Positions 19,201 to 28,260 are shown, counted from the first letter of the stretch. The stretch: DNA of 32,000 nt from Dickeya solani IPO 2222 (GCF_001644705.1 NZ_CP015137.1:2730001-2762000), one strand, 5' to 3'. Translations and numbers: made by a program. The notes: generated by a model not told the origin, from the letters alone.

Positions 19201-19497
19201 ATGAAGAACTACTTATGTAAATGGATCCCGCCGCGTGCTGATTTTCTCACCACCCTGTCTGCTGACGAGAAGCAATGGATGGGGCAACATGGCGATTTTT
19301 TAAATAAGCTTCTCGATCAAGGAATTATCGTCGCACATGGTCCAGTGATTAACGATGGTCAGGGTTACGGCGTCTCGCTCTACCAGATTGCAGACGAAGA
19401 AGATATCACTACCTTTACCTCACAAGATCCTATCGTAAAAAATGGTGTGGGTCATTATGAGCACTATGTCATGCCTCATTTGGCTTCACGTCGCTAG
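19201..19497 (+). CDS. YciI-like protein
   Basis: 98 aa with 'HGDFLNKLLDQGIIVAHGPV' and 'QDPIVKNGV', typical of the YciI family. Confidence 0.6.
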   Translation: MKNYLCKWIPPRADFLTTLSADEKQWMGQHGDFLNKLLDQGIIVAHGPVINDGQGYGVSLYQIADEEDITTFTSQDPIVKNGVGHYEHYVMPHLASRR

Positions 19498-19524
19498 TTT
19501 CTTAACTGTATAGAAGATAGCACT

Positions 19525-20232
19525 ATGAACATCAAAGATTCTGTCGCACTGGTTACAGGTGCAAATAGAGGGCTGGGTGCAGCTTTTGCTCGCGCATTAC
19601 TCGCTGCTGGTGCAAGCAAGGTCTATGCTGCAGCACGCGATCCATCGACCGTCACGGAACCAGGTGTAGTACCCGTTCGACTGGATGTGACCAGTCCTGA
19701 GCAGGTTGAAGCATTAGCCCGAGAACTGGGCGACGTAAATTTATTGGTCAACAACGCTGGGATCGGTGGGTCAGGGTCTATTCTTGATCCCTCATCCATC
19801 GATATGCTTCGGGATCAGTTCGAGACAAATGCGGTTGGCCCACTGCGTGTGACGCAGGCATTTGCACCGATTCTGTCTACTCGGGATAATAGCGCTGTCA
19901 TCAATGTAATCTCGGCGCTAAGCTGGGCCACATTGCCTGGCATTACGGGTGCTTACAGTGCTTCAAAAGCAGCTGTGTGGGCCTTGAGCAATGCAATGCG
20001 GCAGGAATTGAAAGCCCAGGGGACAGAAGTTTTGTCGCTGCATGTCGCTTTCATGGACACCGACATGGCACGCGGAGTACCAGGAAACAAAGCCTCACCC
20101 GATGACATTGCATACATGACGATCGCTGCATTAGAGGCTGGACAATCCGAACTCTTAGCCGATGAAGTTACCCAAAGCGTACATGCCGGGCTAACTGCAA
20201 ATCCGCCGATGTATATTGATATGTTTGAATAA
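19525..20232 (+). CDS. Short-chain dehydrogenase/reductase (SDR)
   Basis: 235 aa with 'ALVTGANRGLG', 'NNAG' and 'YSASKAAVWAL'. Confidence 0.9.
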   Translation: MNIKDSVALVTGANRGLGAAFARALLAAGASKVYAAARDPSTVTEPGVVPVRLDVTSPEQVEALARELGDVNLLVNNAGIGGSGSILDPSSIDMLRDQFETNAVGPLRVTQAFAPILSTRDNSAVINVISALSWATLPGITGAYSASKAAVWALSNAMRQELKAQGTEVLSLHVAFMDTDMARGVPGNKASPDDIAYMTIAALEAGQSELLADEVTQSVHAGLTANPPMYIDMFE

Positions 20233-20268
20233 CAATTTCTTTGCCGATTCATTATTATTTTTTGTATA

Positions 20269-20297
20269 CCTTGTATTGATTAATACAAGGTTTTTTT
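20269..20297 (+). terminator. Rho-independent terminator after the SDR cluster
   Basis: Stem 'ccttgtatt'/'aatacaagg' (9 bp), loop 'gatt', followed by T7. Confidence 0.8.
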
Positions 20298-21165
20298 CAT
20301 GAGTAGCCACCCGATCTGTTTCCCGTTTTCTAGCACATTGTGCCGTTTATTATGTTCGCTTTTGACACTAAATGGACTATTTTTGCCAGAAATGCCTCAA
20401 ACAGATCCCGGAAAATAAAAATAACAATCCCCTGGTTTCTGATATAAACGTTACAGGCCGACATCTTAGGTAGTCAGAAGCGGTAAACTGGCTAAAAACA
20501 GACTTAGCGTAGGTTATTTTCTGTTTTCCAGGTGGACCCCGATGCCACTCAGATCCTGATAACACTTCAAACATCTTATTATTCTGACGGGTGTTAAACA
20601 TAGTTCTAAGACTACCTCTTATTTTAAGAGAGGCGAAGTGTTTGGTGAACTATGGGCCAGTCTAGGATTAAAATTCAAGTTTACTAGTGAAAGAGATGGT
20701 TTCCCCCCTATGGATATAGTTATATTAACTATCTATCGAATCCGACCAAGGAAGAGTGTGATTGTATATCAAGAAAATAACTCGGTTTTTTTGTGTGGTT
20801 AATTATTGTAACTATAGTTATCGCAATGCTGATATATTGGTTTAAAAGTCCGGACTACACTAATACCAAGAAATATAATGTGGGAGCATTCAAATTCGGA
20901 TGGGAACCAATATGAGTATAGAGATATTTTCATACCGAAAAAGATGGAACGTGATGATTTGTTCTGGGTATGGTGAATGATGGCGTGAGCATAAAAATAA
21001 AAGATTATTTCCTTGCAAGAGGTGAGTCTATTTTTTAATAACCATAAACAAATGACTCGCGGTATTGAACCAAAAGGTTGAACGGTGGTTTGGGTCCAGT
21101 CGATGTAGCAAATCCTAACGAGTAAGAAACGTTTGGCCTAATGCTCGAATGATTTTACGACAACA

Positions 21166-21206
21166 CTCCTGACGGGTTTTCTATCACATAGAAAGCCCGT
21201 CAGGAG
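21166..21206. repeat. 19-bp-arm inverted repeat just downstream of the integrase stop (copy 1)
   Basis: The sequence is 'ctcctgacgggttttctat cac atagaaagcccgtcaggag', with one G-T position in the stem. It is conserved at 31474-31514. Confidence 0.8.
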
Positions 21207-21223
21207 CCAACAAGCGCAGCGCG

Positions 21224-22493
21224 TTAGCCAGCCGTATAACTTCGCGCATAAATATACGGCGCGACATATCCTTCACGGTTTACGTCCAGATAATCCGACC
21301 ACCACTGCATCATTTCGATTCTGGCTTCCAGATGCTCGGCTTTATGCACGTAAGCAGCCCGCACGCCGTTGCGCTCTTTGTGGCTCATCTGCCGCTCAAT
21401 GGCATCCTTTGACCAGCGTCCGGACTCGTTCAGGGCACTACAGGCCATGGTTCTGAAACCGTGACCGCAGATTTCGGTTTGAGTGTCATAACCAATCACG
21501 CGCAGCGCCTTGTTGATGGTGTTTTCACTCATCGGCTTGTTCAGGGTATGTGCGCCCGGAAAAACGAAGACCGACTCGCCGGAAATCGCCTGAATCTGTT
21601 TCAGCAGGGCGACCGCCTGCCGTGACAGCGGTACCAGATGTTCATCCTTCATCTTTGCGCCATGCGCTGAAAATCGCACGCCGTTTACCGACTCGCGTTT
21701 GGCGGGTACGCTCCAGATATGCGCTTTCAGATTGAATTCATCCCAGCGGGCAAAACGTAGTTCGCTGGAGCGCAGGAAAACGTGCAGATTCAGCTCCAGC
21801 GCCAGACGGGTCAGCATCCGGCCTTTGTAGTTATCCATCTTCTCCAGCAGTTCAGGCAGGCGCTTCAGCGGCAGGGCGGGGTGATGTTGGGTCGCTACCG
21901 GGGTCACGACGCCATCTAAATCGTAAGCCGGATTGTATTTGATTACGCCCTGCTGCACGGCGTGGCGCATGATTTTAGTCAGATGCTGGCGTACCCGTCC
22001 GGCGACGTCATGCACACCTTTGTCATCAATGGCCTTAACCAACTGCGCCAGATGGCGGGTTTCAACCTGAGATATCCATCGCACCAATCGCGGGGAAAAC
22101 ATAGCGTTTCAGGCAGGTGAGGATTTTATCGGCGTGCGCGTCCGACCAGGGTTTTAGAGAACTGGTGTGCCATGCCAGAGCGACCTACTGAAAGGTACGG
22201 GATTCCTCAACGGCGGGGTTGTTCGTTTTGCGAAGCTGAGAAGGGCTGAGTCCAGACGCCAGTAGCTTACGTGCTGCACCGCGCTTTTCGCGGGCTTTTG
22301 CCAGCGTAGTCTGAGGGTAGGGGCCAAAGGCCAGACGGCTTTCTTTACCGCCGAGGCGATAGCGGAAATACCATAGCTTAGCGCCGCTGGGTGATACCGT
22401 GAGATACAGGCCTTGCGAGTCGGTGAGTTTATAAGATTTTTCGAGAGGTTTCGCTAAGCGGGTTTTGCTGTCAGTTTACGTATAAGCGTTACC
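21224..22493 (-). pseudogene. int: P4-type tyrosine integrase, inactivated
   Basis: The 292-aa C-terminal ORF carries the catalytic motifs ('HGFRTMA', 'RAAYVH'). Upstream, the N-terminal part ('TDSKTRLAKPLEKSYKLTDSQGLYLTVSPSGAKLWYFRYRLGGKE...') lies in another frame. It is interrupted by an in-frame TAG ('RTFQ*VALAWH') and a frameshift at 'AMDIS|QVETRH'. The expected start region reads 'tat acg taa act gac', so it has no ATG and contains a stop. Confidence 0.85.
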
Positions 22494-22598
22494 CCGTTCG
22501 CAGAACTGAATGACCCGAAATTTGCCCCAAATTTCTTGGGCACGAAGGGATAAATCAACGCGGTTGGCATGTCTCGGGGATAATTACTGCGCTGAAAA

Positions 22599-22626
22599 GC
22601 AAAAACCCGCCTTGTGGGCGGGTTCT
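22599..22626 (-). terminator. Rho-independent terminator following the tRNA-Phe 3' fragment
   Basis: On the minus strand, stem 'aacccgcc'/'ggcgggtt' with a 5-nt loop is followed by a T5 run ('...ggcgggtttttgc'). Confidence 0.7.
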
Positions 22627-22636
22627 TTAAATTAGA

Positions 22637-22656
22637 TGGTGCCCGGACTCGGGATC
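22637..22656 (-). other. tRNA-Phe 3'-end fragment: island attachment-site direct repeat
   Basis: 'tggtgcccggactcgggatc' matches 19 of 20 nt of the reverse complement of the enterobacterial tRNA-Phe 3' end (TGGTGCCCGGACTCGGAATC). The rest of the tRNA is absent. Confidence 0.8.
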
Positions 22657-22879
22657 ATTCAGCTTTCTATTAAGTTGAAATGCAGCATAAATTTTAATCA
22701 TGGCTGTTGTCAAGACCCATGGGTTGACCCGTATTTTTATAGATAGATCAGAATGATGGGATGTATACGATAAAAATGTCCGGTCCTTCGGTTCCCTGTG
22801 GTATCGATAAATCGTAATGACATTAGCGTTACGGTTGCTGTATGATTAATATCCAGAAAGTAGTCCGGAGGATAACATC

Positions 22880-23664
<785 letters not shown>

Positions 23665-23697
23665 AATTGATGTTTTGCCTGTGAACATCAAAAATGA

Positions 23698-24021
23698 CTG
23701 GTTCGATTTACTGGGATATTTACACTGGGTTATCTGAGCAACATCCGCAGAATTGAAACCCTCACTGGCAACTCCCTCAGCGTTGTGATTAATGCGCTAA
23801 GCGGCAACCCTACCTATGTGCGCTTTGATGCCACTGTCGCCGGTAAAGAAGCAACGGACCTTATAAGCCGCTGCCAGAAAGCCGTAGATGAAGACCAGAA
23901 ATTGCTACTTGGGTTTACTCTCAGCAATCTGACGTCTGACATTTTCACCTTTAACAAAGGTGTTCATGCAGGTGAACAGCGGGTTAGCCTGAAAGCCAGA
24001 CTGATTAAGTCGATTGGATAA
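23698..24021 (+). pseudogene. DUF3577-like gene remnant with no start codon
   Basis: The open frame from 23698 reads '...FTLGYLSNIRRIETLTGNSLSVVINALSGNPTYVRFDATVAGKEATDLISRCQKAVDEDQKLLLGFTLSNLTSDIFTFNKGVHAGEQRVSLKARL'. This resembles the DUF3577 family of pKLC102/ICEclc-type elements as I remember it. The 5' end is cut at the TA-cassette junction and the C-terminus looks short. Confidence 0.4.
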
Positions 24022-24117
24022 ATATTGGGCAGCAGATGGTTTATAAGGCTGAGCGAGTAGAGTCCCCCTCTCCGACTAAGTCTAGTCAGTACTATGTCGA
24101 TCATTCATTTTAACTTA

Positions 24118-24146
24118 ACGCCCTGCTCCATTCAGGGCGTAATTTT
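24118..24146 (+). terminator. Hairpin terminator at the left edge of the low-GC cassette
   Basis: Stem 'acgccctg'/'cagggcgt' (8 bp), loop 'ctccatt', followed by 'aatttt'. Confidence 0.6.
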
Positions 24147-24156
24147 CCTGTGCTAA

Positions 24157-25500
24157 GTGGAACATATTGCACCGACTGTTGAATATGTTAGGATAGAAAA
24201 CATTATTTTCTCTAATGACTACCACTTCATGATTCCACAAACTATAAATAGAGAAGCTGCGAAAACTTCTGGAAGCGGATTGTTATTTCAAAGAGTTAGG
24301 GCAGTTCATCGCCTCTTAAATTTGATAAGCAAACTGGGTAAGAAAACTTGTTATTGTGCAACGGAATTCATTGAAGACTCTGCGACCCTAGTTGTAGAAG
24401 ATGGTGTTGCAACTATAGGAATAGAAGAGAATAAAAAATACTCAAGTGGCCTGAGTTTTAATTCAGAGGCAATAAAAAATACGATTGTGGCTTTTGCAGA
24501 TGAATATATAAGTCACTTTAAAGACTCAAAGACAATTGATTTTTCAATGTTTTGTCATGCTCAAATATCAGATGAGCAACTTGATAATTCAATTTTAAAT
24601 GTAGTTGTTCCTAACCTTCAACTTAGTCAAACCAAAACTACAAAGCTCAGTATATTGAAGAGGTTATCTCTAAAGATAGCACTCACACAAGATGAAATAA
24701 CTATAGCAAAATTTTTATTTTTTCAGGAATACGAAAAGCAATATGCTATTTATGCTGATAAAGATAAAAAAATAATTACATCTTATGGTGGAAACCACAA
24801 GGTTATATCTCAATGGACTAATCAAGATTTTTACGAGTTTTTATCTTCTATTGATTTTGTTATAACTGAATCTGATAGAGATAGCTATGATGACGAAGTT
24901 ATGAAAAGTATCAAGGATTGCCAATTCTATGATCATCGACATTATGGGCTTGAAAATATAATTCTTGGTGCCTTGGAAAGTTTGTTCGATAGAAACCAAC
25001 AAGATGAAAGAAAATTTGGACGTTTTGTTAGTCGTGAAATGGTACAAGTCATTTTTCTACAAGCAGCCTCAAATCAAAATGAACTTAAACCTATAGATCC
25101 TGCATGGAAAATATTCGAAGATCTTGATGTAAGTGATCAGAGAAATCTTAAGGAAAAATTGAGAGCTGTCTGTAATGACATTAAAAATAAAAAAGTCCAA
25201 CTTCTAAGTTTCACCGCCACTAAAGCAAGAACTAATGAAGAGTTATTTGGACAGGAGTATATTTCCTTAAGATGCAACTTTTACGAGTGGTGTAGCGATT
25301 ATATTTCTGGGAATTTTTCACAGATAAGTTACACATCAGACGATATACTAGCCCATTTAGACCAAATGGTAGAGTTATGCTATGATAACATTCAACAACT
25401 TAAAAAAACTTATCGAATGAGCATTGATGATAAGCTAACGATTCGTGGTATAATTTTAACATTGATTGATGATTGTTACTTAGCATTCGACGAAGAATAG
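24157..25500 (+). CDS. Candidate effector of the three-gene system: N-terminal Cap4/DUF4297-like PD-(D/E)xK nuclease motif plus a helical C-terminal region (LmuA-like?)
   Basis: 447 aa, low GC. The N-terminus contains 'SGSGLLFQRVRAVHRLL', then 'CATEFIEDSATLVVEDG...IGIEENKKY' (D74 ... E91-x-K93). The GTG start is uncertain, and ATG 24229 is an alternative. The stop lies 3 nt from the next start. Confidence 0.5.
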   Translation: MEHIAPTVEYVRIENIIFSNDYHFMIPQTINREAAKTSGSGLLFQRVRAVHRLLNLISKLGKKTCYCATEFIEDSATLVVEDGVATIGIEENKKYSSGLSFNSEAIKNTIVAFADEYISHFKDSKTIDFSMFCHAQISDEQLDNSILNVVVPNLQLSQTKTTKLSILKRLSLKIALTQDEITIAKFLFFQEYEKQYAIYADKDKKIITSYGGNHKVISQWTNQDFYEFLSSIDFVITESDRDSYDDEVMKSIKDCQFYDHRHYGLENIILGALESLFDRNQQDERKFGRFVSREMVQVIFLQAASNQNELKPIDPAWKIFEDLDVSDQRNLKEKLRAVCNDIKNKKVQLLSFTATKARTNEELFGQEYISLRCNFYEWCSDYISGNFSQISYTSDDILAHLDQMVELCYDNIQQLKKTYRMSIDDKLTIRGIILTLIDDCYLAFDEE

Positions 25501-25503
25501 ATT

Positions 25504-26082
25504 ATGAATACAAATACAAATACAAATACAAATACAAATACAAATACAAATACAAATAAAAATAAGGATAAACTAAAAAGAATAAGCTTCGTTTCTGGTG
25601 AAGACTTTTACTTTTTAACTTACTTAATAATTATTTGTCTCAAAGAGTTTTCTAATAAAAAGCTTATTTTTAAAGACCATAGAAAACTGACTTTTTTGAT
25701 GCAAATAATTTCCAGTTCTACTGCTGTTAATATTCTTATTGAGAATCATGGTGAGGGTGTTTTAAAGCCATTCGACAAGGAATATTTATTTGATATATAT
25801 GTTAAAGCTTCCTTACACCAAAGAGAAGTTTATAAAATAGTAAGGAGTCTCGAAAAAAGCGGAGTAATCTCGGTAATTGATACTGAAAAAATTGATTGTT
25901 ACAATGTTGAGGTTAAGAATAACGACCTTTTTAGTTCTTTTTTTGATACGGAACTTTTTAATAGAGAATTAAATAACACAGCCATTTTGAAATCTCATTT
26001 CAAGTCTATAAATATTCTTGGGCTTGATGGTTTGATTGGAAAGTTTTTCACTGAGTATGGATTGAATTTATGGGCCAATTAA
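25504..26082 (+). CDS. Small middle component of the three-gene system (LmuC-like?)
   Basis: 192 aa with an N-terminal (NT)8 tract and a central segment 'REVYKIVRSLEKSGVISV' that looks like a winged-helix recognition region. It overlaps the next gene by 13 nt. I recognise no family with certainty. Confidence 0.45.
   Translation: MNTNTNTNTNTNTNTNTNKNKDKLKRISFVSGEDFYFLTYLIIICLKEFSNKKLIFKDHRKLTFLMQIISSSTAVNILIENHGEGVLKPFDKEYLFDIYVKASLHQREVYKIVRSLEKSGVISVIDTEKIDCYNVEVKNNDLFSSFFDTELFNRELNNTAILKSHFKSINILGLDGLIGKFFTEYGLNLWAN
25507..25554 (+). repeat. Perfect hexanucleotide tandem repeat (AATACA)x8 in codons 2-17
   Basis: The sequence is 'aataca' x8, followed by the degenerate units 'aataaa' and 'aataag'. 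It encodes NTNTNTNTNTNTNTNT-NK-NK. Confidence 0.95.
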
Positions 26083-28010
26083 AAATACATAAAATGCACT
26101 ACGAGGGTAAGCTTTATAATTTCAGCTCACCCGAACTGGATAAATTCAAAGTCAACATAATCGAAGCACCTAATGGATGCGGAAAATCTACTTTTTTCGA
26201 TCTGATTTATTACGGGTTAGGAGGAAAAGTTCCTCATTTCAGTAGCACTGAAAAAGAAAAACATAATGAAATAGTCAATGATAAATCAAACTTTGTTGAG
26301 TTAGAAGTTTCATTGAAAAGCAAATCGTTCAAATTCATAAGAAAAATCGGTGAGAACCTTATTACTATCCTTTCAGATGAACCTTTCTTAAACAATGATG
26401 GGTCATCTGTAGACTTCTTATGCTTGGCTATTAATAGAAACAAATCGGAAGACTATATATTTTCAGATTGGATTCTTGAACAACTTGACATCCCAAGCAT
26501 TGAGATTTTTCACGCAGGTAAAAACTTCAAAATAGGTTTTAACGATTTATTACGCCTTGTATATCATAACCAAGGTACTGATGTTAATGGTATCTATAAA
26601 CCTGCTGATAACCAAAACTATATCAGCGATTCAGTATTCCTTAGAAAAGCCATCTTCGAAGTTTTGATGGGAAAGACCTTAGTCAAACTTTATGAAGCTT
26701 ACGGTAACCTAAAGCGCAAGCAGTCAGAACATGAAAAAGCCAATGCGATCCTTTCTGAATATAGAAACATTGTTTCAGGAATGTATAAACAACTTGGTTT
26801 CAAAGAGGTTATTAATGATTACCACTTAACCAAAGAAATAAATGATTTGGAAGAGTCTGTTGAGCGTTTAATATCTTTTCGCTCAGAAAAATTAACCTCG
26901 AAAATTAGTGAAAATGCTGGGCTAAGTCATATTACAAGATTGAAGGGGGCATATGGTCGCGCTGAGCTTAATATAATTGATTTAAAGCAAAAACTTGAAA
27001 TTAAGTTGAAGGACATTGATTCGCTTAATCGTGTAATTAGACAAACAAGGGAAGATGCTTTTAGGCTCCAGAAAATCATTCACACACACAGACAGTTGGA
27101 AATGTTTACACCTGATACTTGTCCATATTGCTTGAAAAATGTTGATAGGCCAAGTGATAAGTGTGTTTGTGGGCATGATATTGATGAAAATGATTATAGA
27201 AGATATTTCTATGACCCGGGTGAATATTATACGCTGCTTAAAAGCAAAGTTAAGTCTTTAGAGACGATGGAAGTCGCTCTAAAAACTGCACAGGATGATT
27301 TTAAATCTATAGAAAGCGAAATTGAGGCCTCTAATATTTCAAATATTATTTTGAAAGAAGAACTCTCAAGTGCTCTAAATGAAATTGAGTATATTACTAA
27401 CTTTGATGAAATAGATGATGTAGAAGATCATCTGCTTAGACAAAAGGAGAAAATCAGCAGTTTGAGACAAGCTCTTCAGCTTGAGAAAAACCTTCAGGAT
27501 TATCAACGTGTAAAAGACGCTGCTAAAAGAGACATGGACTTAGCAAAAATTGCTGTCGAAAGGTTGGAAGCCTCATCTGAAGCTGAGCTACTCGAAAAAG
27601 TTGACAAGTTCAATAAATACTATAATCACTTCATGAAATCTTCATTACTGGATTGTCGAGTCGCAGAGATTAATAATGACGATTACATGCCGCTGATAAA
27701 CAATGGTGTTTATAAAGAAGCTAGTGCAGCTGTGCATAAAAGATTTCTATACTATTTAACACTTCTTCAGCTTTCACTATTAGATGACATTCCTTTCCCT
27801 CGCCTGCTGTTAATTGACACTCCGGAGAATATAGGTATTGATAATGTTAATCTTAAACGAATGATTTCATGCTTGGATATGCTTGAGAATCCAAACAATG
27901 TTGACTACCAGGTAATTTTGTCTACCGGTGAGAATAAATACCCTGACTCAATGAAAGATAATGTCATCATTAAATTAAATGAAGAAAATAGATTACTCAA
28001 AGAAAAATAA
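26070..28010 (+). CDS. Coiled-coil ABC/SMC/Rad50-type ATPase with central Cys4 knuckle (LmuB-like?)
   Basis: 646 aa. It has Walker A 'APNGCGKST' (res 33-41), a Q-loop-like 'YHNQG' (res ~165-169), and heptad-rich helices over about res 200-520. These helices are interrupted by 'CPYC-x10-CVC' (res 351-367). A Walker B-like 'RLLLIDTPE' lies at res 578-586. No canonical LSGGQ motif is visible. Confidence 0.7.
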   Translation: MGQLKIHKMHYEGKLYNFSSPELDKFKVNIIEAPNGCGKSTFFDLIYYGLGGKVPHFSSTEKEKHNEIVNDKSNFVELEVSLKSKSFKFIRKIGENLITILSDEPFLNNDGSSVDFLCLAINRNKSEDYIFSDWILEQLDIPSIEIFHAGKNFKIGFNDLLRLVYHNQGTDVNGIYKPADNQNYISDSVFLRKAIFEVLMGKTLVKLYEAYGNLKRKQSEHEKANAILSEYRNIVSGMYKQLGFKEVINDYHLTKEINDLEESVERLISFRSEKLTSKISENAGLSHITRLKGAYGRAELNIIDLKQKLEIKLKDIDSLNRVIRQTREDAFRLQKIIHTHRQLEMFTPDTCPYCLKNVDRPSDKCVCGHDIDENDYRRYFYDPGEYYTLLKSKVKSLETMEVALKTAQDDFKSIESEIEASNISNIILKEELSSALNEIEYITNFDEIDDVEDHLLRQKEKISSLRQALQLEKNLQDYQRVKDAAKRDMDLAKIAVERLEASSEAELLEKVDKFNKYYNHFMKSSLLDCRVAEINNDDYMPLINNGVYKEASAAVHKRFLYYLTLLQLSLLDDIPFPRLLLIDTPENIGIDNVNLKRMISCLDMLENPNNVDYQVILSTGENKYPDSMKDNVIIKLNEENRLLKEK

Positions 28011-28239
28011 TATAGCCACCTTTTTATATAGGTAATCTTAAATTTTCACTTTAAATGTTGGGAGGGAAGCATCAAGTCAACAACTCCTTCCCATGACGGT
28101 TTTTAGATAATAATTTAGGTCACTTGGAGTTTGAGTTATTTATTAACGTAAGAGTCTAGGTGAAACGTGATATTTTTATAAAATCTTGATAGAGAGTAAT
28201 TGGTTAATCCTTACTATTTCATTTTTATGATGCTTTCAT

Positions 28240-28260
28240 CCTCCTAATTTTAATAGGAGG
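28240..28260 (+). promoter_or_regulatory. Hairpin pairing an anti-SD with a perfect SD upstream of a 35-codon ORF
   Basis: 'cctcct' and 'aggagg' form a 6-bp stem with a 9-nt loop. ATG 28265 lies 4 nt after the SD and opens a 35-codon ORF (28265-28372). Confidence 0.3.

Noticed and set aside
20377-20601. 74-aa minus-strand ORF in the AT-rich gap.
   Set aside because: It has no SD, no motif and an odd composition, and it sits isolated in apparent debris. I did not call it as a gene.
25507-25566. Considered whether the tandem repeat could be a CRISPR-like array or a phase-variation on/off switch.
   Set aside because: The units are 6 nt, contiguous and without spacers, so it is not a CRISPR array. 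The unit length is a multiple of 3, so whole-unit slippage keeps the frame and does not give on/off switching.
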